This document shows positions 23,601-37,029 of a DNA stretch of 64,000 nt, one piece after another. The stretch covers positions 7,626,001-7,690,000 of the forward strand of contig NC_045138.2 in assembly GCF_008831285.2 (NCBI RefSeq). The letters are read 5' to 3'. The translations under genes were made by a program, and so were the position numbers. The DNA comes from Nymphaea colorata (lineage: Eukaryota). The notes under the pieces are model-generated. The model was not told where the DNA came from, did not search any database, and was given only the letters and a program-made list of their open reading frames with translations. Position 1 is the first letter of the stretch; every line of letters begins with the position of its first letter.

Positions 23601-25969
23601 TTTAAATTTTTTTTGTAAAAAACTAAAATCACCCTCTAAAAGGAGGTTTTTTTGTCAAAAGAAAGGGCAAATAGGTCTTGTTTACGAAAAAAGACAAAAA
23701 TCACCCTCTAAAAGGATGCCTTTTTGTCAAAAGGAAGGGCAAATAGGTCTCAAATGCTTGATTTAGATTTGAAGTTCGGGTTTTTGATCTAATTTGGATT
23801 TGGACTGTGGCTTTGGACCAATTTAGATCTAAAAATTGGGTTTTGTGTTTTTAATAAAATAGTGTATTCTTTTTGAAAAAATTTGGGGTGATTACAGAAG
23901 CTCAACTAACAACTGCTACAGTGACTTCAGTTATCCAAAAAAGAAATAAAGAATATAACCTCATGAGACTTTATACAAAAAACTGCTTTTGTTGCCACTT
24001 CTTCTCACCCCTTTTTGTAATTGAGACAAAAGTAGAAACAAACACACAAGTCTTAAGGTATAACTGCATTTCACTTTAAATTAAGGTCACTGTGCTACTA
24101 CTTATTAATATACATTTCTGATATTTCTTTATTAATGTTATTCAAGTCTTTCCCTTGATATCGTTATTCACCACCGTTGATAATTAATGCTGAAATCCTG
24201 AGAAAATATCTCATTCTAAAATTTCTTGAATATTTGGAGAACCTATTACACATTCAAGAAAATTTAAAATTGCATGTGTTATGTACCTACAGTACAACAT
24301 TTGGAAAGACATGAATTGCAGTTTATAAGCATGACAATATATCATGGAAACAGGTTATGCATATTCTTTCCAGTCATATGCAGTTTTCACAGAATTTGAA
24401 ATTCCCATAGCTTGGCAGCTAGATATTGGCTTATTAATGTGGGGCATCAAAACCAGAATGGTGGCTTTTCCTTGTTAGCAAGGGAAAAAAAATGGGAAAA
24501 GAACGTGAAGGTTTGCATTTGATCTGGCTGGATATTCAACTTAATCAAGGTTAATCACATTTTATCTATGGTTAACTCTCATCATTGTGTAAGATAGTCC
24601 AAAAACATGGTTAACTAATATATGAAATAGATGTTATTAACATATGCCTTCTCATGAATCTTCAATCATAAAGTAACATATACATACTTATACACTATAG
24701 AAATATATGTTGTCGGCAACTCTATTTTTCAACAGCTTGATGGAATGTGCACCTCAAGTTACTCTATTTCAAATTTTGTTGATTCTCAAACAACAGCATA
24801 AACTCAATATTCTCATCACTAGACTTGGCTCTCGACGCATACATGGTTCTTCAGTTTGGACTTGCTCTACCATTTGATCACAGTGTGAATGCATAGGCTA
24901 CACATTCAGTCTTGGGAAAGAACAGGAGATCCAGTTTTCTGATTGATTTTTATCTGATGTGGAACTTCAGGTATTCACTATACACCCTCCGAAAGAGTGC
25001 TGATAATTAAAGATTGGGTCTGTAGTTTGGAGCATTTCAATTGATTCAAAGTTCACGCAATACAACTGTAAGATTCTGAAAAGACCAGGGTAAACTTTAA
25101 AGCTGGGTGGGGGAGGTAGAGATTGATTAATTTTCATAACTGTGGTGCTTTTAATTACCTGTAGGAGAACACGAAAGCCTAGAGCTGCTTCATGCTAGGC
25201 CAGAAGGAAAGCTGCACAAGGAGGAGAAGCAATACCAAGAAGCGAGAAGGAGCACATACATAAGGCAAAGAAAGCCAGAAAAATCAGGCTTCGGAACCCT
25301 CACTAATAAAGGAAGTACTGGAACTGAGGATTCCAACAATCAAAGCAAGAGCCGAAGCGAAAGAGGAAAAAAAACTATGAACCTTTTGATGTTGAGAAAT
25401 CAGAAAAAGGGAAAAGGGGATCTATTGTGCTTTTGCGAAATTCTTGAGTTGCCTCAGTCCGAGAGCAAGTGACCAGAAGTGATGCTGATAGGCAGGTCGG
25501 TTGCTGGTGGACAGCTTGGTTGTGGTGGGCAGATCTGTTGGTGGGCAGATCTGTTGGTGGGCAGCTGAAGGGGATTCAGCGAGAGAAAAATAAGGGTTAA
25601 TACTTACTGACGGGACGACAAACTAACGGTATATCTTTACTTAAGACTGACTGAAGACTGTCATTATTGGTTAGATGAATACTGACAACTGACCGAGAAC
25701 ATCAGTAATAATGACATCAATACTGATGGCAGCTGAAACCATCTGTGATACCGAAAGTCGTTCGTCAATATAATTTTTTAGAATACTGACAGTCGTTCGA
25801 CAACTCATCGGTAATAAACTGCAACAATACTAACAGATATTTCCCCCTCATCAGTAAAAAAACTGAATATTTATTATGAGAATTTCTTTTGTTTCATCCA
25901 TCGATAGAATTTCCTCATTACTACCGGTTGCTTTCCTTACCATCAATAATATGTCACTTTTTCGTAGTG
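20624..25969. mobile_element. non-autonomous CACTA element, copy 1 (contains a solo LTR)
   Basis: CACTACAAAAAA ... TTTTTCGTAGTG termini, 3-bp TSD TTG/TTG, subterminal tactgac/gtcagta repeats at both ends, no transposase. Confidence 0.9.
21158..23896 (-). mobile_element. solo LTR (2739 bp, Gypsy-type, possibly Tat/Ogre-like)
   Basis: TG...CA ends with imperfect inverted termini and a perfect 5-bp TSD GAAGC (21153-57, 23897-901). Absent from the paralogous site (single GTAGC at 34562-66). Minus-strand CTATAAATA near 23570. Confidence 0.92.
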
Positions 25970-27201
25970 TTGCTCAAGCCTTTTCAATCATAATCATCAT
26001 GATTTTGTTGTTCAAAACTTGGATTATCTTTCCATGTCTAAATTGGACTTTACATGGTCAGATGAGTTTCTATGCTTTTAATCACATACTCAACTAAAAT
26101 ACCCTTAGTTTACACTTTAAAAAAAAAATTGTAAAAAGACAAAAATAGAAATGAAAAAGTAAAAAGACTATAGAAAATATTTTTAACAAATTACCATAAT
26201 GTCCTTCCCTTTTTTACTGTACCATGCGCAAGGTGCACACAATTTTCTCTCATAAAAAAAGTACTGACATTAACAAATGACAGTAAAAAGGATGGAGAAT
26301 TTTTGCCATTTTGCAGGCATGCTCTCCTGCTCTCTTGGTTACTTCCAAACCCTCGACAAAAGTACTTCTTTGTCTTTGTTCTACGTTCCAGCTGTCAATT
26401 CATTTGTTTTTTGAGCTGATCAACAAAACTAAGAAGCTAGTTTCAGTTTTAAGCTCATGAAGCATCAACTTCCTATGCTACAAAAGAAGTGCATCAATAT
26501 ACAAGTCAAAGTACTAAGGGCACCACCTTAAGGCACTCAAAACCAACATATGATATTATGGGGAGTTGAAGAAAAGGGTGGGGACTGCGGTTCTCTTGTT
26601 ACTCACCCAAGAAAAGTAGGAGGCACAACCTTCAACAATTAATTGGCTTTAGAATACTTTCAATGCATGGTGGAGATTGTTTATGAATTAAGGATCTAAC
26701 ACTTGAAGGATCTGACACATACTCCTTATATTCTCATATAGAGAAATTGCGCCCAGGAGGATTATTTCGTACTTTATTTCAGCTGATAGGCAAAACCACT
26801 TGGGATTATCTTAAAACAAACACTTCAAGACCTAAATATTACAACTTTTGATCTACTTGAACATGAAAGATGTTAACCAGCGTCATCAAGATTGGGTGCA
26901 ATGGGTCAACTCAAATAAAAATGGTGGGAAAGTGATGGAATACCATCAACCTTGGCTTGGATATTATAAAAAAAGAGTTCGGCTACTTATTGGAGATCTA
27001 ATGAGCCAAATGATAACATTAATTAACTAATGAATCAAAAGCAGAAAAGCAAGATTTTCAACATCATAAAAAACATGCAAAGGACATTAGAGAGAAACTC
27101 ATATTAATGCAACATTGACATTCTTGTAGATCATGGGATTTTTACAATATTAGTCAGACCTGATCGGCTTCATTATTGATTTGTGGCAGCACTTATTCCA
27201 G

Positions 27202-27699
27202 TCTCGGGTCCACCTTTTTACCTTTTGTCTTTTCTTCTTTAGTGTCTTTGCTTTTGTCTGGCCTTTCGTTGTTAATAATCTTTCAGACCCACCTTCCATT
27301 CGTCTTCTTTTCATCTTCTGTCCTTCCCCCAACTTGGTTGTTTCCTAGGACCGTGTTTGGAGGTTGTGACTCATTTCAGCTTGGTAGCGCATTTGAGAGG
27401 AGCGCAACCACAGGGTCTTTAGAGGCACCTTCTCTTCGCCGGAGTATGTGGCTCGTCTTGTGCAGGGAGATGTTCATTTTGTCATTCGGCTGCGGCGTCG
27501 TCCTCCTTTTAAGGCTAGGTGATGGTGTCGTTCTGTCCTTCCACTCTCTTCCCACCCCTTTTATTTCGGTTTTTGTGAGTTGTATTGTACATTTCCTCTT
27601 TTGCTTCTATTTTGCGGTTTGTTAATATAACTAGAGGACTTCTTCTCCCCAATTTTGGTATCTAGGGGACTTCTTGTCCCTAAATTTTGATATACATTC

Positions 27700-27700
<1 letters not shown>
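27202..27700 (+). mobile_element. about 500-bp insertion replacing part of the 3' UTR of cystatin-like copy 2, origin uncertain
   Basis: Absent in copy 1, where 2431-2505 occupies this place. Ends in a duplicated motif of about 32 bp (ctagaggacttcttctccccaattttggtat). May be a LINE 3' fragment. Confidence 0.45.
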
Positions 27701-27747
<47 letters not shown>

Positions 27748-27768
27748 CTCTCTCTCTCTCTGTGTGTT

Positions 27769-28142
27769 ATAACCAAACACAGCCTCGAAGGACTGCAGGA
27801 TATTTGTCCCGTTCCTATCCATGATGTGGGTGACGACGCCCTCGTAGACCTTGTAATAAAAGCTGATGACGCTCCTGGCCTCGATCAGAAACCAGCGAGT
27901 CTCTGCTCCAAGTAGATGAGAAGCCCAGATCTGCCCCTCCAACACCCTCACAAACACCAAGCCAGTGACTTTGCCGACAGCAAACTCGGCTTCCTTGTTG
28001 AACTCAAGGGACTGCTTGCGTCGGTGACATCCTACCAGTGTCCCGGAGAAGACGGCACAAAGGCAGCCATGGCCGTGTATGAGATGCTCCCAAGGAAGAG
28101 AAAGAGAAGAGCCACCTGGATACAAGCTGGGTGCATGCCCAT
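27769..28142 (-). pseudogene. cystatin-fold-like pseudogene, copy 2
   Basis: Close match to 2555-2929 but with a CAG>TAG nonsense change (28032-34), a 1-bp deletion at about 28012 and loss of the stop (TAG>TAT, 27769-71) reading into (GA)n. Confidence 0.9.
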
Positions 28143-28444
28143 GGTTGATCTCTTCAGTTGATGTCTTCTAGCTACTTGGCAAAGGCAATTTGTGGCTTCT
28201 TTGCTGTCGCCGGTCGGTTGAGGTGTTGGACATTATATAGAGGCAGTTAAGAAGGGTGCGTTGTACTCTTAGAGGACCACGACGTTTTGATCATGTTGTG
28301 CTTTCAAATTCCAAGGGCTTCACAGATGACAAGCGCAAATCTATGGCTGCAAAACCGTTTGTTGGTCAACTAAAAAAATTTGTGGGAACACCTGTACCAC
28401 TTCGCTGGAAAATTGGATGAATCCCTTGTCATATCCCATCCATT

Positions 28445-28448
<4 letters not shown>

Positions 28449-28507
<59 letters not shown>
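28449..28507. repeat. (TA)n microsatellite in the promoter of copy 2
   Basis: Perfect TA run, longer than the interrupted counterpart at about 3213-3244. Confidence 0.95.
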
Positions 28508-28513
<6 letters not shown>

Positions 28514-29620
28514 AAAACTGAATAGTGACCAGCTGTCCAATCCAATATAATAGACAATTAAGAAAAAGGCAAAGAGAAAAAGGTGATGAGTATTTTATCT
28601 CAATCATCCATCTATTTCATATGAATGGTTGTTATTGTCCAATAGGTTTTTCCTTTCAGGAATCCTGCTAGGGTATGATGTTCTTATAGCACAACTATTG
28701 CTTATCTTGTGAAGATCAACGAGATTGCATTGAGTGCACACCTCCGTGTACACAACAAATATGCACTCAGAAACTACCAAAAAAAAAAACAGAAGGCAGG
28801 TGGGGGACATTTAAAAATTTTTTTATGAAAAATATGTACATTTTAATTTTTTAATACTTTTAGAATTCCCTTGTTATCTTTCCAAAAATCCCTCCTTTTT
28901 ACTTAACATGAGTATTTTAATGGTTACATGCTTTTGTGCATGCAGGAGGGTGTGCACCTAACCACGTTGGAAGATGAATACCATGATGGAGAAACCCAAA
29001 CAAAAAGTAGTAATGACCTTTCCAAGTTCTATTGTCTGGCAACTATTGATAATAGATCTATGGGCCACACTGGTCAATGGGAAGGTGATTGAAAGCAAAC
29101 TTATTTTTTTGGAGTCAACAAGAATACAAGGCGTGAGCGCTTTCTTTCTATGTCAATCTTATCCAATGTGAACTCTACGAATCCTCTGTTAAAGCTACAC
29201 GTCATGAACGCCTGATCTTTGAAATTATGCCTCATGGAAAAACGAATCCGGCACACAGTATAAATACGATCAGAGCCCTCTGTTGAATATTTGCTCGCCA
29301 GCATTTGGACTCATTGGGGATTATCTCGTTCCCTTGAACTGTTGCTAAGATTATCTCCACCGTATATAGGAGATTCCTTTATAAGAAGAAGACGATGACT
29401 GGAGGCCATCCAGAGGACGAGAAACGCTTTATTTCCATTCTGGTTCGTTCTCCCTTCACATATGTCGATGAGAAATCGTCTTAGTCATTGATCTTTTACA
29501 GAACAATAACTAAAAAAAAAAACATTGAGTAAAAGGTGGTGGGACAATTTTTCCCACATTTTTTTCTTTATTATCTCCCAATCACTGATTTAGAAAAAAT
29601 CTTAGGCTGGGATTGTTCTG

Positions 29621-29632
29621 TCTTTCTCTCTT

Positions 29633-29704
<72 letters not shown>

Positions 29705-29729
29705 TGAGAGTGTGTGTGTGTGTGTGTGT
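29621..29729. repeat. compound microsatellite (TC)(TA)(TG)(AG)(TG)
   Basis: Adjacent dinucleotide runs, next to the point where homology with unit 1 resumes. Confidence 0.95.
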
Positions 29730-29740
29730 ACATGTAGTTT

Positions 29741-30958
29741 GGCCTACTTGGGGCTGCACATGTGAATCGAGCCAACTTGAGCTCAACTCATTTATGAACA
29801 AGTCGAACTCAAATTCAAACATATGCTAAAAATGTTAAACGAGTTGAGTTCGAGTTGTAAGAACTTGACTCGTTTAAACTTGCCTATGCCTGATTACATA
29901 ATGAACACTAAAAATATAATGTGAGAATAGTTTCACGAGTAGTAACTAAATGAGTTGAATGAGTTAAACGAGTTAAAAGAACTGAGACAAACTTAACAAA
30001 AACAAGTTAAACGATTCAAGCTCAAGCTCAAGCTCGAACACCATATTGTCAAGTCAAGCTCGAGCATGTTCTATGTAGCTCAACTTGATTTCAATCTGAG
30101 CTCGAGCTCGAGCTCGAGTTTCAGCTCAACTCAAGAGAAGGCAAGTGGTCATGTACAAGAACTAGGTCACTCAAATCTATTGACTGACCTGAAAATATAT
30201 AAGTTAGTGCATTTAGAGAAGATGTGGGTTTCACATCATCACCATTATAATAGATAACATTTTCCTCAACAAAGCTCTCCTCAGTTGATTTTTTACATAG
30301 TCGGTTTCACTTTATTCTTGACTTGGGCTCTTTGAAAGCATCAACAAGGTGTGTCTACTTAGGGCTGCACAATGGGTCGAGCCTTCTTGATCTCCACTCA
30401 TTTATAAATGAATCATGCTCGAGTTCAAATATATACTCGAAATGTTAAACGAGTAAAGTTCGAGTTATAAGAACTCGACTACTTTAAACTCATCTCAGCT
30501 CAACTACATAATGAATGCTGAAATATAATGTAAGAATAGTTAAACTAGTAACAACTAACTGAGTTAAATGAGTTGAACAAGTTAAGAAAAAGACAAGATT
30601 AATAGGAACAAGTTAAATGAGTTGAGCTCAAATTCAATGCCATATTGTTGAGCATTGACGGGCTCGAGCTCAAGTTTTCTGAGTCAAGTTGAGCTCGAAC
30701 TGCCCCAGCTGGAACTTGACTCAAGAAGGAGAAGATAAGTAGTCATGTAGAAGAACTAGGTCACTCAAAACTTATTTACTAATCCAAAAATGTATAATAT
30801 ATTGCATTTTAGAGGAGTTGTGAGAGTCAAATCATCACCATTATAGTGGATGACATTTTCCTCATCAAACCTCTCTTTAGTTGACTCTTACCATAGTTGG
30901 CTTGACTTTGTTCTAAACTTGAGGTGGTTTGAAAGCATCTAGTAGGTGAGCCTATTTA
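29741..30958 (+). repeat. paralogous MITE-containing array (B-A-B-A)
   Basis: Aligns with about 16060-17280. Confidence 0.88.
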
Positions 30959-31689
30959 ATATGGATAGGACAATTAAAACCTAAACTAATGACCATTTTC
31001 TCAGCATTCAAAGTAATGAATAGATTGATCCACTTGATAGGTTTTAAATCTAGTATTATAGGCCTGACCTAATTGTCCACTTTTGGCTGGAAAAGTTGGG
31101 GCATATTGGGGTAGACGAGGCTTTGTGGTCCTATGTCCACTAGTTTGGGACATATTAAGGTAGAAAAGGCTTTGTGGTCCTATCTCCACTAGTTGGAGAA
31201 GTAGACCTAGAATATTTAGACATCTTCCCATGTGTACTTAGTATTCCTATTTTCTTTTCAAGGTTTCCTTTATATTCATTACTTAACTATTAGCTTGATC
31301 TAAAGTGTCTTATATAGTCGAGTTAAACTCATTAGAAAGTGCAAGATGTGAACCCAAAATATACCTTGTATCTTCTTCTCATGCTCTCTACAATCTGCAC
31401 TTTCAACGATAGCATTCTTTGGTATATTCAGTGGAAGACCTCAAACCTTGCTGAAGATGGAGATACTCTATCAAATTCTCAATTTAGAGCCATTCATTAT
31501 ATTATTTCATGTAGAAGATGTCAATCAATCTAGAGATAATGGCCCAACAGAGCATGCACCGATCCCCAAACCCTCACTTTTAGCCAATTGGAGAAAAGCT
31601 TAAGAAGAATGGGTGTCACCAAAGTAATAGAATCAACATTTTTTGTCCCCTTTAATTATGACCAAGTCCACTCTTTGTACTCTATAACA

Positions 31690-31851
31690 CAATGCAAAAC
31701 AAAAGATTTAGAACCATATGATAAATCTTGAGTTAGCTAATTGAATGAAAGTAATCTTTCTTTAAGTGTTCCAATGCAAAACAAAAGATTTAGAACCATA
31801 TGATAAATCTTGAGTTAGCTAATTGAATGAAAGTAATCTTTCTTTAAGTGT
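31690..31851 (+). repeat. 82-bp-period direct tandem duplication
   Basis: caatgcaaaac...tttaagtgt starts at 31690 and 31772; single copy in unit 1 (about 18017-18097). Confidence 0.92.
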
Positions 31852-33998
31852 GGAACACATAAACACTTGGAAATAGGTACTTGTGAACCATTAGAAATAA
31901 GAGAACTGCAACTGATAAGAGACACATAGAGAGGTCCTCATTGTAGATCATAACCTCATTGCTCAAATTATCATCTTGTAAACTTCTATGATGAGTATTA
32001 ATACTGGCCATAAATCTATTTCACACAGTGTTGCTGATTTCCTTCATTTATTTAAAAGTAATTAAAGAAGAAAAGAGTCCCTATGTACGAATCTGGTATG
32101 TAACATTGAGTTCGATCCATCCCAATTTTTTTAGTTCGGATCTACCTATCAAAGATATGACATCAATGCTTATGGAAACATGCTTCAAGGTGAGGGCACT
32201 AAAACACATGCGGATTTATGCAGCAAAAATGATAGGAAACAACAATTCGTAATGGCTTCAAATGGTAGCACCATATTTAGATAGGTCTATTCACAATCAC
32301 ACAATCCTTTCATATCAAGTTCTTACAACTTTGCTAAGGCCAAAAAAGGATGCAAAAATTTGTTCTTCAATTTGTCTACAAAACATTGGTACTACTTTTG
32401 TTACAATTCAAGCTTGAACTCTTCATTTTAGGATGATATTCTAGTTTTCTGCATGAACAAACACAAATTAATGACAAGTATCCCCACAACATCCTTACAA
32501 CATTCTATGTCCAACTACTACATATGTGTTTAGATTTTAGGAAAATAAGGCACTGAACAAACCCAAGATTAGTAGACCTGCCTTAAATAGCTCATTGTTC
32601 ACTTAGTTTGTTTTTAAGAGCTCATGTAATGCAACACCAAAGAAAAGAAGTCCAACAAACCTATGTTCATACCAGAAAACTCAAACTATTGTTAATGTGA
32701 TGGGAGGGGCCCAAACCAGGGTAACAATTTTATTTATTTGATTCTCAAAGAGAATAGGACATAGAAATTACTTGAAGCACTGATTCTAACTCCTGAAGAA
32801 GAAAGGCATTTGATGACACTACTACATTGCATGAACAGGTTTTTCATAGATTTGACACACAATCCAATTTGCCACTTGCTTGAAGTTTTCGGTTTTATTA
32901 TTGCTTGACCATCTCTTGCCTTTGCCCTGATAATCAGATCTTTTTTCCCTTTACTGTAGTACTTGTGCTGACATGAATCTTTCTGGTTTTACACGATATT
33001 TTTATGTAGGTAAGGGGACGATCATCACTTTTCTCATTTGCATGCTCAGTACAGGACTCTTGGATCAAGAATAATCCATAAATTTCATTAAGAGAAACAA
33101 GCTCAACTCTAGTGTTAATGGCAGTTTTATAAGGAATATAATCATTTGGGAGACCATGTATGATATGCATCACTAGATAATCAACATCTATTGGTTTTCA
33201 GCAATCACAACTTTGTAGAATAAAAGTTTGTCATGCTTAAAGTAATTTGTCATGCTTAAAGTAATCACTCATTTATGATCCACCTTTTTCAAATCCTGCA
33301 ATTGTTTTCATCGAGCGGGTCTGAATGATGATCACCACAATAATTTGACTAGTTGCATCAACAAATAAATTATGTGAGTACAAGTTAAGAAATTGAGATT
33401 CCTAGAATTGTCACATGTGAGTTTAATCAACAAAAAGTACTATAGACTAGACTTTGAATTAGGACGTAGAGAAGGGTTGAAAGAATAGTAGCTAATTCAG
33501 CTAAAGGAGTTTGAGTTCCTAGGTTGGCCATGACTGAAGCAGAAGACAATCAAACCAATCACCACAATAGAGGAGGAAGATCAGAAACACATATTAATAA
33601 ATGGATGAATACTATGGGTAAAACATTCAGCAAAACAAATAGCAACTGAGCAAGAGAATCTCTCAAACCATATATGGTACGTCTAGGGTGACACTTCAAA
33701 ACCAGGTTTTTGGTGTGTTTGGATGCCATCAAAACTGTGTTTTAAGAAAACCCAATATTCACAAAACCTGGTTTTATGGAAGAGAGTAAAAAACCTAGTC
33801 CTCTTTAGGTTATTCAAATACCAGGTTTTGGATGTGTCATCCAAAAAAAAAAAAAAAAAAGTTTCTAAAACTCATTAAAAAACTTGGTTTTCATAAAACC
33901 TAGTTTACAAAATTGAGTTGGAGGTAGATGTCATCCACACACCCACTTTGTAAGGCATTGAAACATCTCTCTCTCTCATTGCATCAGAGAGTTGCATG

Positions 33999-34050
<52 letters not shown>

Positions 34051-34321
34051 AAGCCCAGGGGAATAGTGCATGCCTAGAGGAATAATTGAATCACTTATTG
34101 TTTGCAAGCCTGCCAGACTGACTACCTGACCAGCTACACTTTTATCACTCAAGACAAGTGAGAGGAAAAAAAGTGAAACAAATAGAGTAGAAGAGGAAAG
34201 AATGGGGACAACAACTTCAGACTGATCCCAAGTTAGGATGAGATGAATCCAGCCACATGTATATATATTTGCACAATTTTTCCTTAGTTGCACTGCACAT
34301 AAAAACAAAATATTTAACTTG

Positions 34322-36617
34322 CACTACAAAAAAAAAAAACTTTATTGATGGGCAGAAAGTGTCAGTATAGGATAACAAGTCGTCAGTATAAGTATCACAG
34401 TCACACACACAACCAAACTATGAGAAGTTGGAAAAAGTGTATTGATAAGTTTCTTTCTACAAAAATTTGGTGTCAGGGGGAAAAGGAGAAACTATTTCTT
34501 TATTTTCTACTACTTTGTTGGCAGCCAAAGATCCTAATTTTTTTTCTTTTTTGGTGTTGATGTAGCTCAACCAACTACTGCTACAGTTACTTCATTTATC
34601 TGAAAAAGAAAGAAAAGAATATAACCTTATGAGACTATATACAAAAAATTGTTTTTGTTGCCACTCCTTCCCACCCCTTTTTGTAATTGGGACAAAAGTA
34701 GAAACGATCTCACAAGTCTTAAGGTATAACTGCAATTGATAACTGCATTTCACTTTAAATTAAGGTCACTGAGCTACTACTTATTAATATACATTTCTGA
34801 TATCTCCTTATTAATGTTATTCAAATCTTTCCCTTGACATTGTTATTCTCCACCATTTGCTAAAATCCTGAGTGATGATATCTCGATCTGAAATTTCTTG
34901 TATATTTACAAATCCTATTACACATTTAGGAAAATTTAAAATTGCATGTGTTATGTACCTACAGTACAACACTAGAAAGACATTAATTGCAGTTTATAAG
35001 CATGACAACCTATCATGGAAACAAGTTATGCATATTCTTTCCAGTTATATGCAGTTTTCACAGAATTTGAAATTCCCATAGCTTGGCAGCTAGATATTGG
35101 CTTACCAATGGGGGCATCAAAACCAGAATGGTGGCTTTTCCTTGTTAGCAAGTGAAAAAAAATGGGAAAAGAAAGCGAGGGTTGGCATTTGATCTGGCGG
35201 GATATTCAACTTGATCTAGGTTAATCACATCTTGATGGAATGAGGTAGTCAGTGGACATCAAGTTACTCTATTTAAAATTTTGTTGATTCTCAAACAACA
35301 GCGTAAACTCAATATTCTCATCACTAGACTTGGCTCTCGACGCATACATGGTTCTTCAGTTTGGACTTGCTCTACCATTTGATCACAGTGTGAAGGCATA
35401 GGCTACACATTCAGTCTTGGGAAAGAACAGGAGATCCAGTTTTCTGATTGATTTTTATCTGATGTGGAACTTCACCATGTCTAGATTGGAGTTTGATACT
35501 AATGAGGTATTCACTCCACACCCTCCGAAAGAGTGCTAATAATTAAAGATTGGGTTTGTAGTTTGGAGCATTTCAATTGATTCAAAGTTCACGCAATACA
35601 ACTGTAAGATTCTGAAAAGACCAGGGTAAACTTTAAAGCTGGGTCGGGGAGGTAGAGATTGAGTAATTTTCACAACTGTGGTGCTTTTAATTACCTGTAC
35701 GAGAACACGAAAGCCTAGACCTACTTCATGCGAGGCCAGAAGGAAAGCTGCACAAGGAGGAGAAGCACTACCAAGAAGCGAGCAGGAGCACATACATAAG
35801 GTGAAGAAAACCAGAAAAATTAGGCTTCGGAACACTCACTAATAAAGGGAGTACTGGAACTGAGGATTCCAACAATCAAAGCAAGAACCGAAGCAAAAAA
35901 ACTATGGACCTATCAAGCTTGATGTTGAGAAAATCAGAAAAGGGGAAAGGGGATCTATTGACAGCAAGTGACCAGAAGTAATGCTGATGGGCATGTCTGT
36001 CGCTGGTGGACAGCTTGGTCGTCCGTGGGCTGGTCTGTTGCCAGTGGGTAGCTGTGTCGTCGGCAGTACCGGTGGTGAATGAGAAATGCAGAAAAGGAAG
36101 AAGAACAAGCATAAAGGGGATTCCGCGAGAGGAAAATAAGGGTTAACATTTACTGATAGGACGACAAACTGATGGTATATCTTTGCTTAAGACTAACGAG
36201 AGTATAGGCCGTTGATACTTGGTGCGTAACACTAATGGTGGCGACAGGTCATCGATACATTGTTAGGTAACACTGACGGTTTGTGCAGATTGTCATTATT
36301 GGTTAGATGAATACTGACAACTGTACAAGAACGTCAATAATAATGACATCAATACTCGATCAATACTGAGGAAGATAACGAACCGTCAGTATAATTTTTT
36401 AGAATACTGACAGTCATTCGACAACTCATCAGTAACAAGCTGCAACAATACTGACAGATATCTCCTCTCATCAGTAAAAGCAGAATATTTATGACGAGAT
36501 TTCTTCTGTCCATGAAAAGCCTGATTTATTGACAATTTTCATCATCCGTCGACAGAATTTCCTCATCACTACCGGTTGCTTTTCTTACCATCAGTAATAT
36601 GTCACTTTTTTGTAGTG
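34322..36617. mobile_element. non-autonomous CACTA element, copy 2
   Basis: CACTACAAAAAA ... TTTTTTGTAGTG termini, flanks TTG/TTC, at the same insertion site as copy 1. Confidence 0.9.
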
Positions 36618-37029
36618 TTCCTCAAGTCTTTTCAATCTAATCATCATGATTTTGTAGTTCAAAACTTGGATTGTGTTTTGATGTCTAAATTGGATTTTAC
36701 ATGGTCCATTGAGTTTCTTTGCTTTTAATTACATAAACATATGATTGTACATATTGTGAGAATTTTGAGAAATAGCCTAGCTTAGAATTGGTTCTTCCAT
36801 TTAAGTTGCACAAAATTTATGCAATTATGTGGCATATATTAATTTGTTCTTTGCTGTAATCTACAGGGATAAAGTCTACGTTGTTGAGTAGATGGACTAT
36901 AACTTGAGCTAATTGTGGATCATTCACTAAGTTTCTATAGGATTACCATCTACTTTCGTTACTAAACCAAACATAACTTCTACTGCAAACTGCTAATTTG
37001 CAATCTAAGTTTTTGCTGTTGTAGGTAAT

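Larger units (their letters stand above)
1358..26091 (+). repeat. unit 1 of a head-to-tail tandem segmental duplication
   Basis: 1358-4056 aligns with 26092-29240, and about 16060-26088 aligns with about 29741-36735, at roughly 90% identity by eye with indels. Confidence 0.9.
26092..36735 (+). repeat. unit 2 of the tandem segmental duplication
   Basis: Colinear with unit 1 but lacks about 4057-16060 and the solo LTR. Confidence 0.9.

Noticed and set aside
27700..28125. 141-aa ORF with an ER-repeat tail as a novel protein
   Set aside because: Artefact of the frameshift and lost stop in the pseudogene; no signal peptide in that frame.
35536..35835. 99-aa ORF with a signal-peptide-like N-terminus
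   Set aside because: Non-ATG start, not preserved as an equivalent ORF in the paralogous CACTA copy, and it crosses an apparent splice donor.
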